A DNA stretch of 63,056 nucleotides, the filler included, from Octopus bimaculoides (lineage: Eukaryota): NCBI RefSeq assembly GCF_001194135.2. It is 9 parts of 8 records of this genome, joined end to end, with 100 filler letters (N's around TTAATTAATTAA, not from the genome) between each part and the next. Parts side by side here need not be neighbours in the genome. Positions count along the whole stretch, not along the records: positions 1 to 20,363 come from NC_068984.1; 8 more parts are not named here. One strand, given 5' to 3'. Made by a program: the position numbers and the translations under genes. This document shows, piece by piece, positions 1-12,555 of the stretch; within the stretch, counting starts at the first letter, position 1, and the number at the start of each line of letters is the position of its first letter. The notes beneath the pieces were generated by a model, which saw nothing but the letters and a program-made list of their open reading frames with translations, ran no database searches and was not told the DNA's origin.

Positions 1-589
1 TATATACATACACACGCACATACGTGCGCGTAGATGCACACGCATTTACAGTGACATGCATGCGCGTATACAAATACTTACGTATATGAAGCATCACATC
101 ATAAACGTGGTATTAATGAAATCGAAGCTCTCCAGCCTCTGGACCACAGGCATGCTCTCTTCTCACTCTATCTTTTCTACTTTACTACAGAAGTTTCTGA
201 TTCCAGATCTTTTTGTTTCCGTGCCTCACCCCTACCGAGTATCTCATCTATTCTCCTCTTATCATTCATATTGGGTCTAAGTTTCATTAATAAACTGCAC
301 TAACTATATTACCCAAACTTTTCTCCATTTAAATTCTGATCCCTGGGATTTCCTCTACATCCATTTTTTTCCTATGGCTGTCAACATAGTTATTCAATAT
401 TCATACAGACTAACGATTCGATAAGAACATCCATCGCGTCGATTTCAACGATCTCGGTAAGCCAGCGATGGCTATAAACTTTTCTTCCAGACTAAAGCAG
501 TTTGAAAATAATTTGATAAATGAAAAAATATAGTATAATGTATAGAAATGCTGAGAGATTTAATATTGATTAGTTTTGAACCATTTAGC

Positions 590-915
590 ATTCAGGTTCC
601 TTTCAAATGTAACGCGTATTCATTCACATTATTCTAAATTAATCATGCATTATCTCATAGCTTCAAGATTTTCATGATGTGATTCTTAAACCCTTTAGCA
701 TACAGATTACCCTTTCAAATGTACCACTTATTCATTTACATTATTTTTAATTAATCAGGCATTGTCTTGTAGCTTTGAGAGTTTGATGATGTGATTGTTT
801 ACTTTTACAATGACAATGTAAGGTAGGCATGAAAAGCCAGATCTGGCTGGTTTGAACATAAAGCTTGAAAGATATTTGGGCCGGATATGGTCGACTTAAA
901 TACTAAAGAGTTATT
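590..915. repeat. Unclassified interspersed repeat (family F), two sub-copies in tandem
   Basis: Internal duplication (ccatttagcattcaggtt...catgatgtgatt / ccctttagcatacagatt...gatgatgtgatt). A related inverted copy lies at about 28735-28945. Confidence 0.55.
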
Positions 916-3357
916 CTATTTAAAGAAACAAACTAATCGTATTACGTTGACACATTTGTCACTTGGGATTTCCATCAGCTTGACAATGTTAGTTATTCAT
1001 TGTGATGAAATGAAGGTGCGGTCAAGTGTAGATAGCAATAGGTTGATGTGACAATCAGAGCAGACACTGTTAGGAATGAGATGAGACGAAGCTATTTCTG
1101 AAAAACTCAGAAGGAGGTGACAAATACCTATGTTGCTGTGTTGATGTCATACTAAGTGTGAGACGGGGGAATTTCTTGTCGGAGATTACAGATAATTTCC
1201 AAAGGTCTTTGAACATGGTATGGCTACTATCAAAACCATGTAAATCAGTAAATATCCATGCGCCTGAGAAGCAGCATTATCTAAGAAATCATTCTCGACG
1301 GATTACAGACTTGCGGAATTTGTCGAATAACTGCTATCATATGAAGGATAGAATCAGTTGCCAGTCTAATATACCTTTACCATCAAACAAATGCTGTGAT
1401 TCAGTGTCTAAAATACGGTGCGAAGAAGACATGTTTTTACTCAAATTGCTCTACAATGTATTGGATGAAAGAGTGGCCGAACTGGTTAGACTTTCATGGA
1501 AAGGCATACGTTTGTGTATGCTCCAAGAGACTATTAAAATTGTCTAAAATATTCAACTGTGTATTTACGAGAGTTATGGAGCAAAAATGCCCACCATGTC
1601 CTTCTTGTCATTATATATTCTCACTGTGATCACCACAGCCTAATAAAAGTGGGAATACACTTAGTTGCAATATGCTACACATATCAGCGGAAACAGGAGC
1701 GAACAAATCTGCCATATTCAAGAAGGGTTTGTAAAATAGAGCGTTCTCCTATATATCTGATGTTGTTATAGGCTCTCCGAAGATCCAACATTATATACAC
1801 TAGCAGAAAGACCGCCCTCCGGGATTACATTACAGAGACAGTGTGTGTGTGTGTGTGTGGGAGAGAGAGAAAGAAGGGTAGAGAGAACATTACAAACAAT
1901 GAATGAAATAAACATGAAATGAAAAAGTTGTATAAATAAAAGCTCGTCAAAATCTATCTTGTAACGAATATTTAAATTTGTGAACTTGAAATATTCAATA
2001 ATAAAAGGAAGTTCAGAAAGTAAATTTTCCTGAAAACTTCAATGTATAAAAATTCTCGCTAAGTAAATATTTCTTTCAGAAATTTATCGTAGTTGCAATA
2101 TATTTCTAATGTAAACAAACTTCAACCTAGCCCAACTACGTTTAGCGTGCTAGAAATAGCAGCGATCACAAAGTTATAATTGTAAGGCTTATAACATTCC
2201 TAACAGCAATACCAACAAAATCACTTCTTAATTTTTAAAAACAAAATTATACCGGTATATTAAGAAATTTTCATTTTATCAAAAATATTCATTTAACAAG
2301 CTCCGGAAACTGATATTATCATAAACTTCAAAGTTATACAGCTATTTTGTCTAATAGCATTCATTTATTCAATAAATAATTCTTTTTACATTACGTATAT
2401 AGAATAGACTGTGTTCTGCAAATAGCGATTTTAAACTTGAAATTAAAACCTTGAAATGAATGTATATCAAATTATCATTAATGAAAATAGAGGCGAAAGA
2501 CAGTGAGAGACTGTTGCAAATGAAAACGGAAAATATTCTCTGCAACGAATATTGTTTTTTTAACATTAAAATCGACTCCGCAGTAAATGCAACGAATATT
2601 TAAATTTGTGAAAAACTTGTACTTCAAATATTCAATAAACTTCAGAAATCAAAATTATAGGAAATTTCTTGGAACATGAATTTATAAAAAAAATTTCCAG
2701 ACGGTCAAGCCTTTCATAATTGCTTTCTTTTAGTAACTGTTACATACCTAATTAATAATAAGCTTTCTCCATTATAATATGGATACCATGCGGAGTTATA
2801 TATTATGTGTACACATATATATTTGTGTGTGCGTGTGCCTGTGTACCAGACATCGTACAATGGTAGACAGAATGGTTGACAGAATGAACAGAGATGTGAA
2901 ATCGGCATCGTCGTCGTCGTCATGTAAAATATCCTCTACTATCTCGTACGCAACGAAGGCACAAACACACACACATACACACTTACAGGCACATACACAC
3001 TCATATACAAAATGTGACGTCATCGTCATCGTATAAAATGTCCGTTGATGTAGTTGACTGTAGGGAGAGTATTTTCGAGAAAATATATCGTTTTCATACA
3101 AATGAAAATAAAAATTACGTGTTGACACATCTAAGGATGTAATGCTATTACCTTGTAAAATTTGATTTGATTCGGTGGAGTTTTTTCAGAATGCATAGCA
3201 AACAGACAGACAGACAGGCAAAGAATTTTATATACATATAGATATATATATATATATNNNNNNNNNNNNNNNNNNNNNNNNNNNNNNNNNNNNNNNNNNN
3301 NNNNNNNNNNNNNNNNNNNNNNNNNNNNNNNNNNNNNNNNNNNNNNNNNNNNNNNNN

Positions 3358-3391
<34 letters not shown>

Positions 3392-3879
3392 GTGTGTGTG
3401 TGAGTGTACGTGCATATAAATGAACACTTGTCCTTTTAGTAGTTTCAACCATTTGGAAGTAGCGATATGGTGACTGCGAAAAGACAAACAGAGATAAAGA
3501 GAAACATAGAGAGAAACAGAATAGGAAAAGGGGAGAAAAGGAGAAGGAGAGAAAAAGAGAGGGAAAGAAAGAGAGAAAGGAGGAGAAAGAGACAGAGGGA
3601 TAAAGACTTCTACAAGACAGATAAATGTATAAAACGTACATGTTAAACACTTCGCGTAATATTTATGTCATATGCTATGCAGTTAAATATATAATTAACT
3701 GCAAAAAAATTCATACACAGCATATACACATACGTACGTATATATATATATTCACATATGTGTGTACGTACATATATATTTGTGTGTGTATATATATATA
3801 TATATATATGTTTGTGTGTATGTATATATATATATGCATGTATATATATATATATATGCATGTATATATATATATATGT

Positions 3880-3910
<31 letters not shown>

Positions 3911-5645
3911 CACTTATATATACGCATTCACATGCACACACACATGTATATATTATATATATATATATGTATATATATATNNNNNNNNNNNNNNNNNNNN
4001 NNNNNNNNNNNNNNNNNNNNNNNNNNNNNNNNNNNNNNNNNNNNNNNNNNNNNNNNNNNNNNNNNNNNNNNNNNNNNNNNNNNNNNNNNNNNNNNNNNNN
4101 NNNNNNNNNNNNNNNNNNNNNNNNNNNNNNNNNNNNNNNNNNNNNNNNNNNNNNNNNNNNNNNNNNNNNNNNNNNNNNNNNNNNNNNNNNNNNNNNNNNN
4201 NNNNNNNNNNNNNNNNNNNNNNNNNNNNNNNNNNNNNNNNNNNNNNNNNNNNNNNNNNNNNNNNNNNNNNNNNNNNNNNNNNNNNNNNNNNNNNNNNNNN
4301 NNNNNNNNNNNNNNNNNNNNNNNNNNNNNNNNNNNNNNNNNNNNNNNNNNNNNNNNNNNNNNNNNNNNNNNNNNNNNNNNNNNNNNNNNNNNNNNNNNNN
4401 NNNNNNNNNNNNNNNNNNNNNNNNNNNNNNNNNNNNNNNNNNNNNNNNNNNNNNNNNNNNNNNNNNNNNNNNNNNNNNNNNNNNNNNNNNNNNNNNNNNN
4501 NNNNNNNNNNNNNNNNNNNNNNNNNNNNNNNNNNNNNNNNNNNNNNNNNNNNNNNNNNNNNNNNNNNNNNNNNNNNNNNNNNNNNNNNNNNNNNNNNNNN
4601 NNNNNNNNNNNNNNNNNNNNNNNNNNNNNNNNNNNNNNNNNNNNNNNNNNNNNNNNNNNNNNNNNNNNNNNNNNNNNNNNNNNNNNNNNNATATATATGT
4701 ATGTATATATGTGTGTGTGTGTGTGTGTTTGTATATACATGCGTAAAAATACATTGCATGTATATTTATGTATGTGTCTGTCAATGTGTCCATGCTTAGG
4801 TGAGTAATTTGCAATTTGCGTGCATATACTTTTCACAAACGCATTGGTATCTATATATAAAAGGCCCGTTTGTTTTTCTTTTCTTTTCTTTACCTATTTC
4901 ACTACTATTTTGTTCTTCCCTTTCTTCGTAACCACTCTAAACCCTTTCATTTCTACATTCTTCGTCCTCATTCTCACCTGTCTCTCACTCTCTCTGAATA
5001 AAGTTTGGAGAGATATTTGACAAGAAAAATAAATGACCATAGGTTAATCTTGTAACATAAATCAAACATGGCCATTACTTGAATACAATTTTACTGCTGC
5101 AAGTTGTTTCATACGTTTTTCCTATCTTTATGTGTGTTTGTATAGATTTGTGAGTATATGTGCATGTGCACACACACACGTGTGTGTGTGTGTGGGGGGG
5201 GGGGGCGTGTGTTTGTTTGTGTATTTTCTACCTTTGTGGATTTTTCTCTGCCTTATCCAAAGGTGGAAGGGGCAGCCCCGATGACATTTTTACAACGCCT
5301 TCGAGTAACTGTTAGGTTTGTGTGGGGAGATGGAAAGTTTCTAATAAACCAAAACCTAGTGGCTTATTATCTTAAGACCGGAGACCTTCTCCGAAATATT
5401 TGCACCAGAGTGGACTCCATTAAATGTATCCATAATGTCAGGTAGGATTGGTTCATAACCCTTTGTGTGTGCAATTAAATTTCATGGCCATGTACGTAAC
5501 GATGTTAATTAATTGATATTTTGTCTTTCTGCAATACTTTTTCACTATCTCTTATACGTACGGTTTTCATATTCGTTATTTGATTCTTGCCCTGTAAACA
5601 GATAGTTAATGAGCTGTTTTTTTTTTATCGTTTTTTAAAAATATT

Positions 5646-5876
5646 TTGTTTCAGTCATTCGACTGAGGTCACACCAGGGCAGCACCTTAAAGGGTTTTAG
5701 TCGAAAATTCTACCTTAAGACATTTTTAAAGCCTAGCACTTATTCTATTCGGCTCTCTTGCCGAACCGCTAAGTTACGGGGACATAAATACTGGTTGTCA
5801 AGCGGTGGTGATGGAAAAACTTACCATACACACACAGAGACATACACACACAAACATACACACACACGCGCCCCCC

Positions 5877-5908
<32 letters not shown>

Positions 5909-6075
5909 CTTACGGCAGGCTTCTTTCAGTTTTCGTCTATCAAATCCACTTACAAGGCTTTGGTCGGCCCGAGGAAATGGTAGAAGATACCTGCCCAGGG
6001 TTCCACGCAGTGGGACTGTATCCAGATCCATGTCATTGGGAAGAAAGCTTCGTACTACACACCCACCCCTGTGAA
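5646..6075 (-). mobile_element. tRNA-headed SINE family S1 (head + internal (AT)n/(GT)n + tail)
   Basis: Contains gccgaaccgctaagttacggggac, a (CA)/(TA) tract, and ggcttctttcagttttcgtctatcaaatccacttacaaggctttggtcggcccgagg. Collinear with more than 10 other copies in the window. Confidence 0.85.
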
Positions 6076-6688
6076 CACATATAAACAAAATCTTAAAACA
6101 ATTGTCCTATGTTAAAAGTGTCACAGAGAGTGTCACCGTTTCTCGCATCATAAGAAGTTTCCGAAGATCTGAGGTTAAACAACTTTTCGCAGTTAACAAT
6201 ATTACAGTTTTGAGCAGATATAACTGCTTTGCGTATTCAAAGGATTAAACCAGATGACAGCAATATTTTCCTTCTCCAAAGCAGATTTAATCCCATCCAC
6301 CAGGTTCCTACGCACCTTCTGTCTACAAAATTTCACTCTGAAATTAAGAGCCGATCCAAAGCTACAATTACAACTGTCAAATATATCGGGAACTCTTTCA
6401 TTGCATGGCGAACTTATGGCACTCACGGACGATGCTTGCTTGCACTCTGCATATATGTGCAACTAATTTTCACTTGCATATATATCTATATATACTTGTA
6501 CTTATAAGTGATAGCGAGAACTTTCGCAGAGTTTGTTATTTGTTTTCGATTCCTCAATATCACTCCTTGAATCAAATAGTTCTTCAACATCACTCCTTTC
6601 ATTCAAGGATTGATGTTAAGAAATTCAAGATTAATATAGATGTTTCCATTTCGTACCATTTTGAGCAAATATCTCGGGCTGAGCAAAA

Positions 6689-6965
6689 CCTTGTGAGTGA
6701 AATTGGTAGATGGAAACTGAAAGAAGCCTATCATATATATATGTATGTGCGTATTTTTTTGTCTGTATTTTCCCCTTCCACCGCTGACAACAGGTGTCCG
6801 TGTGTTTACGTCCCCATAACTTAGAGGTTCAGCAGAAGAGACAAATAGAATAAGCACTAGGCTTTTGGTAAAATAAGTACTGGGGTCTATCCGTTCGACT
6901 AGACTAGTTCAAGACGGTGTCCCAGCATGGCCGCAAGCTATTGACTTGAAACAAGTAAATGATAA
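6689..6965 (+). mobile_element. SINE S1, 5'-truncated, inverted relative to the 5646-6075 copy
   Basis: ccttgtgagtgaaattggtagatggaaactgaaagaagcc ... tttacgtccccataacttag ... ccagcatggccgca ... gaaacaagtaaa. Confidence 0.85.
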
Positions 6966-7726
6966 AAAATAAAAAAAGACTGCAAAAGTATTCAAGCTTA
7001 AGACGAATGTTCAATAGAATACTAGCCTAGAATATTATTACAAGTTTAGAGAAAGCTGCGTAGGGCTTACGAAACGGACATCTTTGCTATTTGGTCTCGG
7101 AGCATTTCTACAAAATCATACCATAGCGATATGTCTTCCTCCCCAAAGCAGATTTAATGCCATCTATCGGGCTTCTGCGCACTTTCTCTTTACCAAATTT
7201 CACTCTGAAATTTAGAGCCAGTCCAAGGATATTTATTGCAATACAATTATATCTGCCAAACATTCCATGTAGTTCAAATATGTCGGGAACTATTTAATTG
7301 CACAGCTAACTCATGGCACTCACAGACGATGCTTGCTTGCACGCTGCATATATGCGCGACTCAGACTGACATCTCGGACTGATATTTGGAATCTTCTAGA
7401 CATCTGAAATCTTCCAACACATTTCTAAGGAAGAAACGAAAACGAATTAAGATAAGGAAAAGTATGCTTCATTTACAGAATAAAGCCCGTCCTGAACTGC
7501 CAAAATGAAGTAGTCACACGGACATACAAACACTGTTACACTGAATAGAAACGGTGTCTAGCTACTAGTCTATAGGTGTGTTAACAAATACAGGACGTTA
7601 GATGATAAATTTTTGAAGTCCCAAATTAATAATAAGAACTTATCATGCAACATATAGTTTACGTGTATTTGTTAGTTATCATAATTCTCTATTTACCTGT
7701 CTGTCTAGCTTTCCATTTTCCAATTT

Positions 7727-7727
7727 C

Positions 7728-7784
<57 letters not shown>
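7727..7784. repeat. (TCTA)n microsatellite
   Basis: Direct reading. Confidence 0.95.
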
Positions 7785-7785
<1 letters not shown>

Positions 7786-8171
7786 TAATTTTTCTGCATT
7801 CTGCCTCTCTTAACTGTTTAAATGCCTACATATCTCTTTCACTTCAAATGTCTATCTATACAGTTAAACAATAAAACTTAGGCTGACAACAAAATTCATA
7901 TTCCGTGTTATAGTGTTCTGACATTTATTAAAACGTTTTTTTAATTTTTATTTATTTATTTATTTATTTATTGATGTCTCATTTTTTAGTTAATATCAGC
8001 TTCTTGCATTGCTATAAACGACATTTTATTATAAAGTTGCCATACCCGCTGTATATATATATATAATTAATTTACAGAAAACAAAAGAGAAATTACTAAC
8101 GGGACACCATGCTTTCAGTAGAGTCAAATTTCTTAATTTTAGTAGACTTAAATTTCGCTTTAACGTCTTAT

Positions 8172-8220
8172 CCTGACTGAAGAAGTTGTTAAAGCGAAAC
8201 TGAAAATTCCAGTCAAGAAT
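8172..8220 (+). ncRNA. Degenerate hammerhead-like motif
   Basis: CTGAAGA 8177-8183, weak stem II, GAAA 8196-8199, stem III ACTG/CAGT, then C8214. Stem I register is imperfect. Confidence 0.35.
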
Positions 8221-8338
8221 GATTAATGTGTGTTTGCCTGTACACACACACACACACGCACACATACACACACACGCACGCACATGCGTGCGAACACACA
8301 CACACACACACATGCATACACGAGATGCTACCTGCCCC

Positions 8339-8830
8339 TGAGGCATGATATAGCTGCTATCCGCAGGAAGGATTGCCCTGACGTATACATCAAAGGTATG
8401 TCAGAACCAGCATGTATTCACACCATTAAAAACATGGAATATTGGTGGAATACGTCAATAGAAACAGCAATTTAGTGCAAGCGTAACAAATCTGATAATT
8501 TTCTGTGGGATAGGGAACACAAGTAATGCACTGTTGCAGAGGTCAGCTGCCCAGCGGATGTGAATGTACCGTCAAAAGTCCAGGAAAAAGAGAATGTCAT
8601 GGTGAATAAATGCAGAACTTACAGACAGCTCTTGTACTTTGACTATAAATTCTCATTCGCATCTATCATCATAGGTGCATTAAGCTACGTACCAACAAAT
8701 TTACACAAAAAACCTAGAACTACTGGGTTTTTCGAAGAAAGATCAAAAGAAATTGACGCGGATTCTCCAAATCTAATCTATTAGTTGCGTAGTGAAGATT
8801 TGTGAGACAATTTAAAGATTTTACATCTGA
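8339..8830 (+). mobile_element. REL-endonuclease non-LTR retrotransposon fragment (R4-like), C-terminal part
   Basis: Broken translation RHD...EYWWNTSIETA...EVSCPADVNVPSKVQEKEN...IIIGALSYVPTNL matches the RHD / PD..(D/E) / IIGALG motif order of REL LINEs. Confidence 0.7.
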
Positions 8831-9046
8831 GATTCTAAAGGTGAATAGATGTACACACCTAAGTGCATGCATCGACAGCTCGATCAACACATCAACTCAG
8901 TCACATATTTACAAACACAGAATACACTCTTAACTCAAAACGTCTTATTGCTTTGTTAGCCAGCGGCTTCAACTTACTTAAGAACTTAAATTATCTCAAA
9001 GAAAAACATACATGCATGCATGCATGCGTCCATCCATCCATACATA

Positions 9047-9232
9047 GCAAACCGCTAAGTTACAGGAATGTAAACACAGCAGCATCAGCTGTCAAGGAAT
9101 GGTGGGGGTACAAACACAAGATACAGGCACACACATACACAAATATACACATATATACGACAGTGTTCTTTCAGTTTCCGTGTACGAAATCCACTCACAA
9201 GATTTTGGTCAGCCTGTGGCTATAGTAAGCAT
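9047..9232 (-). mobile_element. SINE S1 partial copy
   Basis: accgctaagttacaggaatgtaaacac ... ttctttcagtttccgtgtacgaaatccactcacaag; runs into a gap. Confidence 0.75.
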
Positions 9233-9425
9233 ANNNNNNNNNNNNNNNNNNNNNNNNNNNNNNNNNNNNNNNNNNNNNNNNNNNNNNNNNNNNNNNNNNN
9301 NNNNNNNNNNNNNNNNNNNNNNNNNNNNNNNNNNNNNNNNNNNNNNNNNNNNNNNNNNNNNNNNNNNNNNNNNNNNNNNNNNNNNNNNNNNNNNNNNNNN
9401 NNNNNNNNATATGTGTGTGTGTGTG

Positions 9426-9844
9426 TGCTTTCGGTGGTGCGAATAGCTTTATTATACGCTGCCGTATTTTACAATGCTGTAAATAATAATAATGGTATTT
9501 TTATATAAGCTTAAAGCTTATGCCGTTCACCGTGCAATGACTAACAAGAATAGTGTAATAACGGAGCATATAAGCCCTCGACAGAAAAAAAGAAGGCTTT
9601 CCCATCCGCGTCGGACGCGAATCCACATCCGTTTGTTAAGATGACTGTGTGTGTTACGTTCACACACGGATAAGAAAGCCTCGTTTTTTTCAGTCGAGTG
9701 ATTATATGCCTCGTTATTAGACTATTTTCCTTAGTCATTGCACGGTGAACGCCATAAAGTTTAAGCGTATATAAAAAATACCATTATTGTTATTTACATG
9801 ATTGTAAAATACGGCGTCGTATAATAAAACTTGCACCGAAAGCA
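9426..9844. mobile_element. MITE/foldback element with about 140-bp imperfect terminal inverted repeats
   Basis: Termini tgctttcggtg / caccgaaagca. Arms ttattatacgctgccgtattttacaat...ccgttcaccgtgcaatgactaa vs ttagtcattgcacggtgaacgcc...attgtaaaatacggcgtcgtataataa. Confidence 0.75.
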
Positions 9845-10031
9845 AATATATATATATATATAATTCGAAAACATGAACAGTTTGGTAACATTGTTTACAA
9901 AATAATAGCTGATCGTTTGCGAAGGATCGTCTGTACAGTGAACACTTAGGATTTTTGCTCTGGTAACTTCTGCTCTCGCCCATGTTCACGCACGACCAGC
10001 TATATGAGAAACGGTCGTTTATATTGTGTAT

Positions 10032-10114
10032 CACTCACTAAAAAGACTCACTCACTAAAAAGACTTACTCACTAAAAAGAGTCACTCACTAAAAAGACTC
10101 ACTCACTAAAAAGA
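10032..10114. repeat. 17-bp tandem minisatellite, about 5 copies
   Basis: Unit actcactcactaaaaag with single substitutions. Confidence 0.9.
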
Positions 10115-10539
10115 CGAAATTTTAAAAAATCTGTTATCTCTCTCCCTCTCTTTACAGCGTTGCTAAAAGGGGACTTAACTCATGCTCCGATTTGAAAAGT
10201 GTAAGAATTTATGGCTTAAAATTATTTTTAATACAAAAATTCACGTCTTAGGAAGCAAAAAAAAATAATAATAAATGGCTGATTCCGGCCATTTTCGACC
10301 ATGAGGTATCCATTGGTGCGACTCCCAGATTGCTGTCTTGTAAGGTGTGGATTTCTATAGATGCAACACACACACACACACACACAAACTTANNNNNNNN
10401 NNTGTGCGTGTGTGTGTGTACATGTATTATATACACATATAATGAACTATAATGACTGATATTCGGCAATTTATTAAGCTGTAGTTAAGCTATGGAGTCT
10501 CTCTCTCTCTCTGTCTCTCTCTGTCTCTGTCTCTCTCTC

Positions 10540-10583
<44 letters not shown>

Positions 10584-10777
10584 TTGTACACTGCCAGATC
10601 CCCCAATGCCCACCCATCACCCACACACAAAGGGACGTTTCTAAAGAGGCAATGTGAGGAAAGCACCTGTACAAGACTTGCCTTTGTTTCTCTTACTGTA
10701 TGTAATATGATATTTCACTTGTTGTCCCCTAATGAACTGAATATGAATCCAACGGTATGCGGTGTACGATAACGCCA

Positions 10778-10948
<171 letters not shown>

Positions 10949-10959
10949 TAAATGTAGTT

Positions 10960-11490
10960 TCAGGCAGTGGCTCACATGGTTTTTGATCGTAACTGATTGG
11001 AAGTGGTATCATGTACATATTTTGTCTTGGTATAAAAGATGGGCTACAGTAAATATTCTGCTGAATACTACAGATTTGCTTCCCAGTTGCTTGACCGTAA
11101 CCATTTGAGGATGCCCCTTAGTGGCTGATTGTATGTGCATTTCTGATCACGAGCAGGAGTAGTGGAGGAGCATCGTAGCTATGTGTTGAGAGGAATTCTT
11201 TGGGGTTTGGATAATTCACCTCTGGAAACATGGGTATTTTGTTCAACATCTTTAAGCAACCCTTATTCAGGGACCTTTTGAGCGGGATGGGCTACTTTAA
11301 CTGAATAAAATTCTAACAGGGTCCCACCTGCAAGCTCATGTGCTGTTTCTCTTGAAACAACATCAACATGACGTGCACATATATGGTTGTGATGCATGGG
11401 CCTAGTATACCCTTATCAGACAGGTAGTCATAATGGGCCTACTGGGTTTCATATATTTGTACCCCAATGTTCCTTTGTTGGCATGCATTG
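10960..11490 (-). mobile_element. Interspersed repeat family S4 (SINE-like)
   Basis: Reverse-complement homology to 46745-47050 (ggggtaca...atgactac...ctgataagg...gcaggtg...agtagcccat...ctcaaaaggtccctgaata...cccatgtttccag...). Confidence 0.65.
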
Positions 11491-11509
11491 CTCTGTCACT
11501 TACTCGATG

Positions 11510-11512
11510 AAA

Positions 11513-11556
<44 letters not shown>

Positions 11557-11600
11557 AATGATGATGATAATGATGGTGACGAAGATATTGATAATAATAA
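11510..11600. repeat. (GAT)n microsatellite
   Basis: Direct reading. Confidence 0.95.
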
Positions 11601-11744
11601 CGAAAATAGACGCAGGCATATATATATATATATGGGTAAGCAAATTACATACCTAACAGCCTACTAGCAAATGTATCTATGTATGTATATTTTTGGGGTA
11701 TTGGGGGTATCACTACCTACTACGTGTATTTTCTGTTAATTATG

Positions 11745-12250
11745 GGGGAATGTTTAATTTATGAGGACGTACTAATACATTTGTCTGAGTGATGGGTCCT
11801 TCGGGTGCTTAGGTAAAATGCGGATGTGAAGTCGGCCCGGTGTGCCTCCATGTTGGTCTTTAACATGTTGATAGAGTATGGAAGACTGTTTCTTGTCATC
11901 ATATTGCCTCAAGTGTACATTTATTCTCTCCACGATACTTTTAGATGTCTCTGCAATGTATGCCGTGTTTTTGTCTTTGCAAGCACCCTCTGTTCACCTT
12001 ATGCTGTAGACTATAATTCTAGTTATACAGTTAATGCCAGGGTTAATCTTACATAAAACACAGTTCTCATTTGTTCATGTGGTAGTTTCGAACTGCGATC
12101 TGATGGACTGCTTGGCTTCTCAACGATCTTAATGTTGAGTTTGGTCTCCTTCACAGCCTTCCTAAATCTATGGCCTAGTTCCCCATGGAGTAAGACCTCT
12201 ACAAACATCACTTTTGATATTTGTCCGCCCTGTACCATGTGTTCATTCTG
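11745..12250 (-). mobile_element. Penelope-like element relic: linker region plus GIY-YIG endonuclease
   Basis: Minus-strand reading TWYRADKY..VMFVEVLLHGEL...LNIKIVEK, then (my translation) ACKDKNTAYIAETSKSIVERINVHLRQYDDKKQSSILYQHVKDQHGG...SLRQM. This matches the YIGET..ER..EH...H..H GIY-YIG pattern of PLEs. Stops and frameshifts are present. Confidence 0.7.
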
Positions 12251-12432
12251 TTTATATATATATGTGTGTGTGTGCGTGTGTATGTGTGTGTGTGTATGTG
12301 AATGTATATGTGTGTGTGCATGTGTGCATGTCTGTGTGTGTGCACGCGCGCGCGCGTAAGTATGGAGGTATCGTTTGATGACCGGTGTTGTTGTTTTTAC
12401 GTCCCAGTAACTTAACGGCTCGGTGAAGTGGT

Positions 12433-12555
12433 TAAGTCGATTACATCGACCTCCAGTGTTCAACTGGTAGTTATTTTACCGACCCCGAAGAGATGAAAGG
12501 CAAAGAAGACCTCGGCAGAATCTGAACTCAGGATGTTAAGACAGACAAAATGCCA
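12433..12555 (-). mobile_element. SINE family S2 fragment
   Basis: gtcgattacatcgacc...gaccccgaagagatgaaaggcaaagaagacctcggcagaatctgaactcag. Confidence 0.75.

Noticed and set aside
960-1790. Possible degenerate reverse transcriptase on the minus strand (LDLRRAYNNI...LLEYG)
   Set aside because: Only one weak motif was seen and downstream RT motifs could not be placed, so it is not supportable without a profile search.
3131-4836. Long ORFs rich in Y/I/H/T/C/V/X here and throughout the ORF track
   Set aside because: They are translations of (AT)n, (GT)n, (CA)n tracts and N-gaps with no coding signal.
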